This document shows positions 36,901 to 45,300 of a stretch of DNA of 64,000 bases, piece after piece. The stretch is from Pseudomonadota bacterium (GTDB lineage: Bacteria > Verrucomicrobiota > Verrucomicrobiia > Limisphaerales > SXTU01): positions 4,518 through 68,517 of the forward strand of contig RFSE01000001.1 in the NCBI GenBank assembly GCA_009924135.1, written 5' to 3'. The first letter of the stretch is position 1; each line of letters begins with the position of its first letter. Below the pieces are notes generated by a model that had not been told where the DNA came from, made no database searches, and saw nothing but the letters and a program-made list of their open reading frames with translations. A program made the position numbers and the translations under genes.

Positions 36901-39900
36901 CTGGACCACGGTAAGCGACTGCGGTTGCGTGGCCGCGAAGGGCGCGATCTTCACCGTGAGCGGGGCATTGACGCTTGTCGCTGTGCCGAATGGGTTAGAG
37001 ACCACGACCGTGTACAGGCCGGCCTGGCTGGTTTGCAGATTGGTCAACGTCAACGTCGGATTTGTTGCGCCCGGAATGGGGGCACCGGCGAAGGACCATT
37101 GGTAAAGCAACGTCGGGTCGCCTGTGGCGAGAACATTGAAGCTGGCGCTGCCGCCCGTGATGCCGGTGGTTGCCTGCGGCTGCACGATGATGGCAGGCGG
37201 CACATTGACGGTAAGCAATGCATTGGAACTGGTGACACTGCCGTAGGGGCTGGTGATGACCACGGAGTAATTACCCGCGTTTGTGGGGAACGAATTGCCA
37301 AAACCAAAGCTCCCATTCGTAGCCCCGGTAATGGGTACTCCGCCGAAGCGCCATTGATAGGTGAACGGTCCATCTCCGCCCGCCGTCACGCCGAAGGAAG
37401 CCGGCTGTCCTTGCAGTACGGTCAAGGACTGCGGCTGCGTCGCCACGAAGGGCGCGGTCTTAACGTTCAGCGTGGCCGCCGTGCTCGTGACACTGCCGTA
37501 GGGGTTCGACACCACTACGGTGTAGTTGCCCAACTGACCAAGCTGGACCGAGTTCAGCGTGAGGGTGGCGGCGTTGGCTCCCAAAACCGGGAAGCCATTC
37601 AACAGCCATTGATAGGCGAGGGTGGGATCACCGCCAGCGACCACGGTGATGGTGGCATTGCTGCCGACAATCACGGTCTGATTGGTGGGCGTGGGCTGGG
37701 TGATGATGTACGGCGGCACCCGGACAGTGAGCAGCGCGTTGGAACTGGTCACGTTGCCAAAGGGATTGCTCACGACCACCGAGTAGTTGCCGGCTTGATT
37801 GGTCAGCACGCCGGTGAGGGTCAACGGGTTATTGGTCGCTCCGACAAGGTTTGTCCCGTTGAAGCGCCATTGATACGTGAACGGTTGGTCGCCGTTGGCA
37901 GTCACGCTGAAGGTCGCGTTGCTGCCTTGGATTACGGTCTGCGGTTGGGGCTGACCGTTGTCGAAAATGACGGGCGGGGCCTGGATGGTGACGACGGCCA
38001 CTGCGCTAGTGGCGGTCCCGTAGGGATTGCTGACCACACAGACATAGTTGCCTTGCAGGCTCTTCTGGGCGTTGAACAACGATAGCGTGGCGGAGGTGCC
38101 GCCGGGGATGGCCGTGCCGTTCAGGCTCCACTGATAGGTCAGTGTGGGCGAGCCGGTGGCAGTGACCGAGAGGTTGATTGTCGACCCCTGAGTGATGGTC
38201 TGCGACACCGGTTGGACGATGATGGTCGGCGGCAGGAGCACGGTGAGCGTGGCATTGGCACTGGTCGTGACGCCAAACGGGTTTGTGATGACGACGGAAT
38301 AAAGACCCGCCTGAACCGCTTGGACGTTGTTTAGCGTGACCGAGGTATTGGTTGCACCCGGAATGTTTACCCCACCGTATTGCCACTGATAGGTGAGCGG
38401 GGCACTGCCGACGGCGTTGACACTAAAGGTGGCACTTTGTCCCTGAACCACTGTGAGCGACTGGGGCTGGCCATCGGCCGGGCCGCCGCCGTTGGGACCG
38501 GCCTGGATGGCCGGCGGGGAGGCAATGGTCAGGGTCGCGCTGTTCGTCACCGACCCGAAGAGATTGCCCACGACGATCGTGTAAGTGCCGCCATTGGTGA
38601 GCTGGAGATTGTTCAGGGTAAGGACCGGGTTGTTCTGGCCGGGGAGCAATCCACCGTTGAAGTACCACTGGTAAGACAGCGGCAAGGTCCCGCCGGCGGT
38701 CACCGAGAAGTTCGTGTTCGCTCCGACGAAATTGGTTTGCGAAGCCGGCGGCGTAACGAAGAACGGGAAGGTTCCCAGCGTGAGGCTCGCATTGGAACTG
38801 GTGGCCGATCCGGCCTTGTTCGTCACCACGATGGAGTAAAGCCCCACGTTCACGTTTTGCGCGTTGGTGACGGTAATGGAAGCGTTGGTGGCACCCGGAA
38901 TGGCAGCCCCGTTGAAGCGCCACTGATAAGCCAGCGGATCGGTGCCATTGGCCGTGATCGAAAAGGTGGCGTTGGAACCGGTCGGGATGAACAAGTCCAC
39001 CGGCTGGGTGATGACCAGCGGCGGGGCGGGGTCGTCCGTGGTCACACGGGTGACGAAATTGAAGGGAATCTGGTTGAAGTCGCGAAACTCCCCGACGATG
39101 AACAACCTTCGCTGGCTGTCCAAAGCACTGGCGTTGACGTTGGCACTATTGGCGTTGGTCTGGCCGTCATTGAAGCCCGCTCCTGTACCGGGATTGAATC
39201 CCAGGTCGTGGTTGCCATTCAGGTCCAGACGGGCAACCCCGCGCCGCGAGACGTTGTTGATACTGTTGAACACACCGACGCAAAGCAGCTTGCCGCTGGG
39301 CAGCAGCCGCGCGTCGCGGATGTCCGAGTTGAAAACCGTGTTCAGTGCCCAGGCCGTGTCAATGGAGCCATCTGCCAGATTGAGGCGGACGATCTTGGTG
39401 CGAAACGTGTTGTTGAACACGTTGAAGCCGCCAAACACGATGATCTTGCCGATGTCGTCCTGCACCACCGCTCCGTTGACGAGCCCGGTGGCGGTATCCT
39501 TGGCCGCCCGGGCGGAAAAGGTTGCGTCCAAAGAACCATCCGCGTTCAGACGCACTATGCCTTCATGGTTGGGGACGTTGTTGTAAGCGGTAAAACTGCC
39601 GCACAGCAGAATCTTGCCGTCCTTCTGGGTGTTGATCGTAACCACCGTTCCATTGGGGCCGCCGCCGGGATCGAAAGTGGTGTCCAAGGTGCCATCCGCA
39701 TTTAAGCGCGCAATTCGTTTCCTGGGCGCATTGTCAAAGTTCAGGAAACGTCCGCCAATGATGACCTTGCCGTCGGCCTGGACCGTGACCGCATCCACAC
39801 CGCTGTCCGGGCCCTGGCCCATGTTCGCGGTAAAAGCAAGGTCAAGCGACCCGTTATCATTCAGGCGGGCGACCCGGCGGGAGGTGTCGTTGCCCACGGA

Positions 39901-40308
39901 GGTGAAGTCCCCCACAATGATGATCTTCTGATCGGTCACGTTTGTCACCGTTACCGGCCACAACGCGAGGGCATTCACTGAAGATTCGCAACCGGGAGTG
40001 GCAAAAGCCGGATCCAGCGCCCCGGACACGGTCAACCGGGCGATGCGCCTGGCAACCGTGCCGTTGTAGCCATCAAATGCGCCGCCAATGTAAATTTTGT
40101 CATCATTGGTGCGGGCCACGGTGGCGAACACCACCGCATTCGGTCCCGTGCCGGAATGAAAGGACAGATCCACATCGCCCGGGTCCGCGCGCAGAACAGT
40201 CGCACCTGCGCTCACGAACCAGACCAGCAGGGCAACCAGCCACACGACGGAACGCGCCGTTACACCACGATCGCTGGCTGGCGGCAGGCAGTTAAATAAA
40301 CTCTTCAT
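33913..40308 (-). CDS. giant surface protein: delta-60-type beta-propeller repeats + 16 tandem Ig-like domains + cohesin-like C-terminal region
   Basis: ATG at 40308 (MKSLFNCLPP..., with TM/signal VVWLVALLVWFVSAGA). Repeated DGSLD..F / DGKI..GG.F motifs. 16 copies of the YQW..G..I.GATN...L......AG.Y.VV..NP.G..TS motif. The C-terminus is cohesin-like. Confidence 0.85.
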   Translation of the reverse strand: MKSLFNCLPPASDRGVTARSVVWLVALLVWFVSAGATVLRADPGDVDLSFHSGTGPNAVVFATVARTNDDKIYIGGAFDGYNGTVARRIARLTVSGALDPAFATPGCESSVNALALWPVTVTNVTDQKIIIVGDFTSVGNDTSRRVARLNDNGSLDLAFTANMGQGPDSGVDAVTVQADGKVIIGGRFLNFDNAPRKRIARLNADGTLDTTFDPGGGPNGTVVTINTQKDGKILLCGSFTAYNNVPNHEGIVRLNADGSLDATFSARAAKDTATGLVNGAVVQDDIGKIIVFGGFNVFNNTFRTKIVRLNLADGSIDTAWALNTVFNSDIRDARLLPSGKLLCVGVFNSINNVSRRGVARLDLNGNHDLGFNPGTGAGFNDGQTNANSANVNASALDSQRRLFIVGEFRDFNQIPFNFVTRVTTDDPAPPLVITQPVDLFIPTGSNATFSITANGTDPLAYQWRFNGAAIPGATNASITVTNAQNVNVGLYSIVVTNKAGSATSSNASLTLGTFPFFVTPPASQTNFVGANTNFSVTAGGTLPLSYQWYFNGGLLPGQNNPVLTLNNLQLTNGGTYTIVVGNLFGSVTNSATLTIASPPAIQAGPNGGGPADGQPQSLTVVQGQSATFSVNAVGSAPLTYQWQYGGVNIPGATNTSVTLNNVQAVQAGLYSVVITNPFGVTTSANATLTVLLPPTIIVQPVSQTITQGSTINLSVTATGSPTLTYQWSLNGTAIPGGTSATLSLFNAQKSLQGNYVCVVSNPYGTATSAVAVVTIQAPPVIFDNGQPQPQTVIQGSNATFSVTANGDQPFTYQWRFNGTNLVGATNNPLTLTGVLTNQAGNYSVVVSNPFGNVTSSNALLTVRVPPYIITQPTPTNQTVIVGSNATITVVAGGDPTLAYQWLLNGFPVLGANAATLTLNSVQLGQLGNYTVVVSNPYGSVTSTAATLNVKTAPFVATQPQSLTVLQGQPASFGVTAGGDGPFTYQWRFGGVPITGATNGSFGFGNSFPTNAGNYSVVITSPYGSVTSSNALLTVNVPPAIIVQPQATTGITGGSASFNVLATGDPTLLYQWSFAGAPIPGATNPTLTLTNLQTSQAGLYTVVVSNPFGTATSVNAPLTVKIAPFAATQPQSLTVVQGSNATFSVTAGGDGPFTYQWLYFGNPVSAATNSVLTLTGVVTNQAGNYSVVITSPYGSATSSDALLTVKVPPAIIVQPLSQTIIVGVTANLGVTATGDQPLSYQWRFNGNSIANATNSVLSLPAIQANQTGDYTVVVSNPYGTVTSAIATLSVKTPPFAATQPQSLSILQGSNATFTVTAGGDGPFTYQWLYGGISIPGATNATLALTNVPTSQAGNYSVVITSPYGSVTSANALLTVHVPPAITVQPLSQTIIVGVTANLAVVATGDQPLSYQWRFNGNAIANATNAILSLPAIQKSQTGDYTVVVSNPYGTATSSVATLTVKALPFAATQPQSLAILQGDNAGFSVMAGGDGPFTYQWLYGGLTIPGATNASLAMTNVRTNQAGNYSVIITSPYGSATSANALLTVHVPPSIVTPPVTQTVVAGVTVNFTVVAAGDLPLTYQWLFNGNPISGATNPTLSLAGVQTSQAGNYSVVVTNPYGTATSAIATLTVKAPPSVTTQPQSLTVLKGTNASFSVTAAGDAPITYQWRFGGVNLDGATNASLNLTNVQTNQAGLYSVVITSPYGSVTSSNATLTVLDPPVIVVQPTPATGLAGDMVAFVVVATGRPTLLYQWCKNGVDIPGATGAMLTLTNISAADVGNYCVKVTNPDGSVTSITVPLTLSQRTLTVVTVQTTNFTAGSPISVPVALLAEGGENRVLGSIAYDTNKLNFISVTTPVGATLAATNAAGQGQIGFDVALPAAQTFTPGSNVVVFVNFTVNAGVTQSICGINLQGVPVTNQVLNAVGAPLPSYFISGAVIFKSLTDYTLRSQTGATEDLMPVLNPAGSVSALTFLRISFFDLGKDSLGNAIYIINATGTNNGTPYILIPSTVAPAGTFPLNVEYYVSDRVTSPKPRLVVEIVTGGYPVVPAGVVLSADRSQFNTATGRFVVDFSSTAGKTYYIQYSSSPAGPYDTSFPGVAGTGGRLQWVDTGPPRTTSLPAAAGSRFYRILQVP
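34925..39020 (-). repeat. tandem array of 16 Ig-like domain coding repeats (~255 bp each), with a 510-bp two-domain super-repeat x3 at about 35425-36955
   Basis: The protein repeats were counted from the YQW motif. At DNA level, matching segments recur at 35671, 36181 and 36691, an exact 510-bp spacing. Confidence 0.85.
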
Positions 40309-40473
40309 GGACGTATCAACAGTCAAAGAAACGAAGCCCTGACAGGCGAGTTGCATCCGTAGATGAAAAACGGACGCGGACGCTGCAAGAAAATCAAGCC
40401 ATAGCCCAGCCTTCCCGCGTTGCTCAAGGCAAGCCAATGTTCGTCAGATCTGGGTGACATTGACCTGCTCGCT

Positions 40474-42087
40474 TCAACGGGTCGCCTCGATGAATTTTTC
40501 AAGGTCCCCGTACTTTCTTTGCCAGGTGGTGTACATGACGCCGTTCAACCCTGGCAGACCTTTTCCGGCCGCCAGCCAGTCCCGGATTTGCTCCGGCTTG
40601 GAATCGTAATAGCCCGCGATGACCTGCGGATGTCCCCGGTCGGCAAAGAACTTCAAGCTCTCCGCCCTCCGCCCGAAGTACCACGGCAAAATGCCCACGC
40701 CCTTGTCCAAACCCTCCCACGACCTCGTCAGATCGCCCCGCACCAGATAGTAATCGCCCGAACTCTTCGCATTGTGATTCGGGTCAAACATGTCGCTCCA
40801 CACGAAGATGCGCCCGCCGGGGTTCACCTCCCGCAGGAGCTTCACACAGGTCCGCGCGTTGTCGGCGAGGATTTGACCGGCCGTAAGTTTCCGTGCTTGG
40901 CACGCAGCGCACCAGTTGAGGCAACGGATCTCGTCATGGCTCATCATGTAGCTCCGGGCACCCCACGCGGCATGCACGCGCTTCGCCTCGTCTCGTAACA
41001 GCTCGACCGTTTTCGGCTCCGACGGACAGACCATCACCTGTCCCTCGTTCACGGTCACGACGTGGTGAAAGGACACCCGCAAGCGCGTCCCGTCCGGCAG
41101 TTTGGTCTTGATCGCGGGCGGTTCATGCCACACTTCAAACGCACCCTTCCACGGCACGGTCCCGGACTTCGGGTCGGCGACGGGCTCAAAGTCCTGGCCC
41201 TCCACCAACCCGCCGCCGCGCTCACGTTTCACCGTGAAGGGCGCACCCGGACGCCGCACCAGGTTCACCAACGCCGTTTCCTCCAGCGTCACATCCTTCC
41301 ACCACAACGAACCCGTCTCGCCGCCCCAGCACCCGAGGTAAAGCGTCGCCTCGGACTGATCCAGCGAATTGAACACCACATGATGCAAGGTCCAATCCTG
41401 TGTTGCCTTCACGCCGAGATCCGCGTGGTTCAGCGACCGCTTGGCCGCCAGCAACTTCACCTCCGGTTTGCCGTGAAAGTCCTGCGTCTTCACTCTAACG
41501 CTCAGGTGATACTGCCGGAAGGGTTTTAATTGCAGCTTCTGCGAGACCCGCGAATTGGCTCCCTTCGGGTCCGTCACCCGCAACGCGCCGTTGTCCGGTA
41601 GGAGATTCGGGTCCTTCCAGCCCCACAGCTTCAGATTGACGAAATCCCCGCCGCGCAACTGCGTCGGCGAATCCGCCTGCACCCGGGCCACGCCGTCGCG
41701 CACGACGAACAACGCGTCCTCCACCGGCAGCGCCTCGGCCAGGTTCGGGTCATGCCAGAGCATCGGCTCGGAATAACCGATGTGGAACAGTGCCGGGATG
41801 ACCTCCAGCTTGGTCTCCGCCGCGATGCTCTTGAGGCGGGCCACGTTCTGGTGATAACGAGGGATCACGTCACCCAGCTTGGCCATCTTCGAGTCCGAGA
41901 GGAGCACCCCGGTGTAACCTGCCTTGGCCGCCCGCCGGAACAACGCCTCCGCGTCCTCCACGTTCTTGTCCACCTGCAAGTTCGTCTGCAGATACACCCA
42001 CCGGTCGGTGAGTTCGGCGGCTCCGGCCTGGCCGGCTACCATGATCCAGCCGCATACGAGAAGGGCCCGCGCGCATCGCGATTTCAT
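40474..42087 (-). CDS. secreted hypothetical protein, TIM-barrel glycosidase-like with inserted CBM-like domain
   Basis: Signal peptide MKSRCARALLVCGWIMVAGQAGAA. Balanced composition. The domain guess comes from the pattern only (AGYTGVLLSD..., CBM-like QYHLSVRVKTQDF...). Confidence 0.45.
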   Translation of the reverse strand: MKSRCARALLVCGWIMVAGQAGAAELTDRWVYLQTNLQVDKNVEDAEALFRRAAKAGYTGVLLSDSKMAKLGDVIPRYHQNVARLKSIAAETKLEVIPALFHIGYSEPMLWHDPNLAEALPVEDALFVVRDGVARVQADSPTQLRGGDFVNLKLWGWKDPNLLPDNGALRVTDPKGANSRVSQKLQLKPFRQYHLSVRVKTQDFHGKPEVKLLAAKRSLNHADLGVKATQDWTLHHVVFNSLDQSEATLYLGCWGGETGSLWWKDVTLEETALVNLVRRPGAPFTVKRERGGGLVEGQDFEPVADPKSGTVPWKGAFEVWHEPPAIKTKLPDGTRLRVSFHHVVTVNEGQVMVCPSEPKTVELLRDEAKRVHAAWGARSYMMSHDEIRCLNWCAACQARKLTAGQILADNARTCVKLLREVNPGGRIFVWSDMFDPNHNAKSSGDYYLVRGDLTRSWEGLDKGVGILPWYFGRRAESLKFFADRGHPQVIAGYYDSKPEQIRDWLAAGKGLPGLNGVMYTTWQRKYGDLEKFIEATR

Positions 42088-42179
42088 GGCCGCACTTTAG
42101 ACCGCCACCCGCCAATGTCCAATCTCCCGGCGAGCGGCTGGTTTCGTGCGGACGGGTGCCACGGACAAAGCGGTGGAGT

Positions 42180-42201
42180 GCGCCAGTCCTCTGGCGCTTT
42201 T
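42180..42201 (+). terminator. intrinsic-terminator-shaped hairpin (function uncertain; lies in the 5' region of the downstream gene)
   Basis: GCGCCAG-TCCT-CTGGCGC followed by TTTT. There is no upstream plus-strand gene, and it sits 135 nt before the ATG at 42336. Confidence 0.3.
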
Positions 42202-42335
42202 CCCGGAGCGAGCGACAATGGTTCATTCGATGCGGAGCGCCGATCTCCGATCTGGCGCGTCCCCATCTGTGCTTCATCTGTGTTCCATCGGTGGCCAAAG
42301 AATTTTCCCCATTGTCCAAACTTTCCGAGCGTCTC

Positions 42336-45300
42336 ATGCTGACGTTACGTCGCATGCCACCACTCCGTTACCTCGGCGCCCTTTTCCTTACCACCCTCAC
42401 GCTTGCCGCTGCCGACAAGCCCCAGCTTCTCGAAGCCGAAGACCATAAGCCCAAGGCCGCCGTGGTTTATGCGGATGCGCGCGCGTCGGGGAAGAAGTCG
42501 GTCATCGCGTTGCTGCCGGCGGGCGGGCGGGTGTTTGAATTCACGAAGGAACTGCCAGCGGGAGATTACGTGGCGACGGCGTGGCTCGAAGCGGTGCCGG
42601 CCAGCTTGCTCCACACGCTGGCGGTTACGTTCAAGGCGGATGGCGCGGCGCGGGTGATTGACCAGGCGCAGCTCGATGCCCGGCCGGGCTTCCGTCCGTT
42701 TCAACTGCGGTTCTTTCACCCCGGCGGCAAGGCGGCGATCACGCTGGATGCGGCGGGCAAGAGCGGTTTCGATCAGATGCGGGCCAGCCCCGGCGACGCG
42801 GAGAAGGGCGTCGCGGCGGCGCTGGACATCGACGAGTCCACGAGCGGCAAGCAGAAGAAGGCGGACGCCAACCGCGATGAACTCTCCGAGCTGCTCGAAG
42901 GGGCGAAGAGTGCGGACTCGCTCAAACTCACCGACCTGCGCGTGGCCTGTGACCGCGTGGAACTGACCTTGCTGCGGTCCGCGCCGGCGGCCGTGGGGAG
43001 TGTCACGGTGGACAAGATCCACTACGCGCCGGGCGAGCCGGTGAGCGCGAAGGCCGAATTGCTGGGCGGGTCCACGGGTGGGGAATTCACGGTCCGCGCT
43101 GAGGTGGTCACGGAACTGGACGCAGCCCGGGAGGTGTTCACGACCAATATCAAGCTCTCGCCCGGCGAGCGGAAGGAACTGCGCTTCCAGTTTAAGCTGA
43201 CGGAGGTCGAGTTTGGTCATGAGCTGCGCTGCGCGTTGATCGCGGGCGGAAAAGAAATGCATTCCAACAGCGAATATTTCGGCGTGAGCAGGAACGTGTA
43301 TCGCGTCGGCATCACCGGTCGGAACGTCGGACAGAGCACGCGCGGCCTTACCCCGGAGCGAGCGGCGGAAGTGATGAACGCGAACCAGCGGGCGTACGCG
43401 AATTACTTTGAGTGTTTCGCCTGGGCTCCGTGCGATTACTCGGACCTCACGCCGAAGACGGAGGAGTTCGTCTCGGGGCAGACGCAGTATCCGGGGAGCG
43501 TCGCCGGGATGAAACTGCAAATCGCGGAGGCGCACCGGCATGGCATCAAGGCCATCACGTATGGCAAGGCCTGCGGGGCGGGCATCAGCGGGTTTCTGAC
43601 GTATCAGCAGCACCCGGAGTACTTCGGCCACGCGTACGGCAGCGGCCCGGCGTCGGAGCAGTTCAGCACCTTCCTGTTGGAGCGGATGCAGGAGAACGAT
43701 TACAATTTCAACCGGCCCTCCGACGGGGGTTGGCGGCACTGGGCGAGCCTCTGGACGCGCTTTGACTTCAACCCCGCCGTGGACTTCGGCGCAGATGAAC
43801 TGGCCCGCAGCGCCGCGATGTTCGGCTGGGACGGCGTCCGGTGGGACGGCCACTTTGTCGGCAACCAGCGGCGATGCATCGAACGGCTGAACACCGCCCG
43901 GCCGGGTTATGTGCACGGCTACAACTCCGCCTTCGCGAACTGTGGTTCCGCGCTCTTTCTCCCGCCAGACCAGACGGACTTTCATGACATTGCGAAGGAT
44001 CACGGGCTCATCATGGACGAGTCGGTGCGCGGGCACAGCCGGTACGGGGACGGGGCGATGCGGAGCTTCTACGAGGGCATCTGCCGCGAGGCGGACTACG
44101 TCAAGCGCATCGGGGGGCTGCCGCTCTTCATCACCTTCGACATGGGCAGCAAACAGGACGTGACGTGGAATGTCCTGAGCGGGCTCGCGGCGGGCCAGCG
44201 CTACACGTACCTGACCTCGCCGGGGGATTACGCGTTTGGCTCGCTGCCGAAGTTCCTCACGCGCTACTCGGCGGTGGTGTGGGACGACACGGCGCTCGTT
44301 GCGGACGCGGCGAAGTATTTTCAAGTCGCATTGTCGCCGGGCTCGCCCACGAACGCGGCGGTTTGGTTCGATCAAAGCACGTGGCTGCGCAAACTGCCGG
44401 ACGGCCGCCAGCAGGTCTTGCTGCATCTCCTGAACTGCCCTGGCTACCGGAACTTCGCGCAACGCGTGCAGACGCCGCCGACCTGGCTGAGCAACGTGAC
44501 GGTGAATGCGAAACTCCCGGCGGGGGCGAAGCTGGCCCGCGCCTTCCACGTCTCGCCGGACCTGGTGGAAGGCCATCAGGTGCTCACGCCGAAAACGGAA
44601 GGTGAAGCCGCGACGCTCGTGCTGCCGGAGGTGAAGTTGTGGAGTGTCGTGGTGCTGGAGTTTGCGGGCGGTGCAAGCTACGCGCTCACTGCACCAGTGG
44701 AGGCCGCTTCAAAACACTTCGCCGAGGAAATGAAGAAGAAGGAACACGAAGCGCAGCTCGCCGCCGAGAAGGCCAAGGCCGGTATCGGTACGCCCGTGGC
44801 CGCCCCGGCAGCGACGAAGCCGCCTTACGCCGATTTTGACCGGGAGTTCAACGCCGACCCGGAGGTGCTGGCGCAGCATTTCAAGAACTTCACCCGGCCC
44901 GCTGCACCCACGCTGCGGCGCAACGGCATCGTGGATGTGCATCATGCGCGCGGGGCGTTCGCGTGGTTGAACCCGGTGGACATCGCGGTGCAGCTCGCGG
45001 GTGGAGGTAATTACACGCCGTCGTGGGTGGATCGCGTGGGCTTCCGGCTCGGACTGGGCGGTTCGATGGAGGATTTCCCCGACAGCTATGACGCGCTCTT
45101 CGAAAACGACGTGCTCGTGCTCGACAACGTGCAGGCCGTGGACCTCGGGGCGCAGCGTCGCACCATGATTGCGGACTTCGTGCGCGCGGGCGGCGGGCTG
45201 CTCGTGATGGGCGGGTGGTGTAATCTTTCGCAAGGCGCGGACCGCAACACGTCATTGGCTGAGTTGTTGCCGGTCACGATTGCCAAGGCGGGCAATCTCG

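Noticed and set aside
34925-39020. Diversity-generating retroelement targeting the Ig array
   Set aside because: There is no reverse transcriptase ORF, no template repeat outside the gene, and no adenine-specific mismatch pattern visible between repeats.
36514-39705. 523-aa and 441-aa plus-strand ORFs inside the Ig-repeat region
   Set aside because: They are antisense read-through of the tandem repeat array. Their periodic G/R/D-rich sequence mirrors the repeats rather than forming an independent fold.
42345-44576. 743-aa minus-strand ORF (and similar ORFs at 45252..46424 and 46372..47622)
   Set aside because: These are antisense to the large plus-strand genes of the five-gene module. They show Arg-rich low-complexity composition and no recognisable domains.
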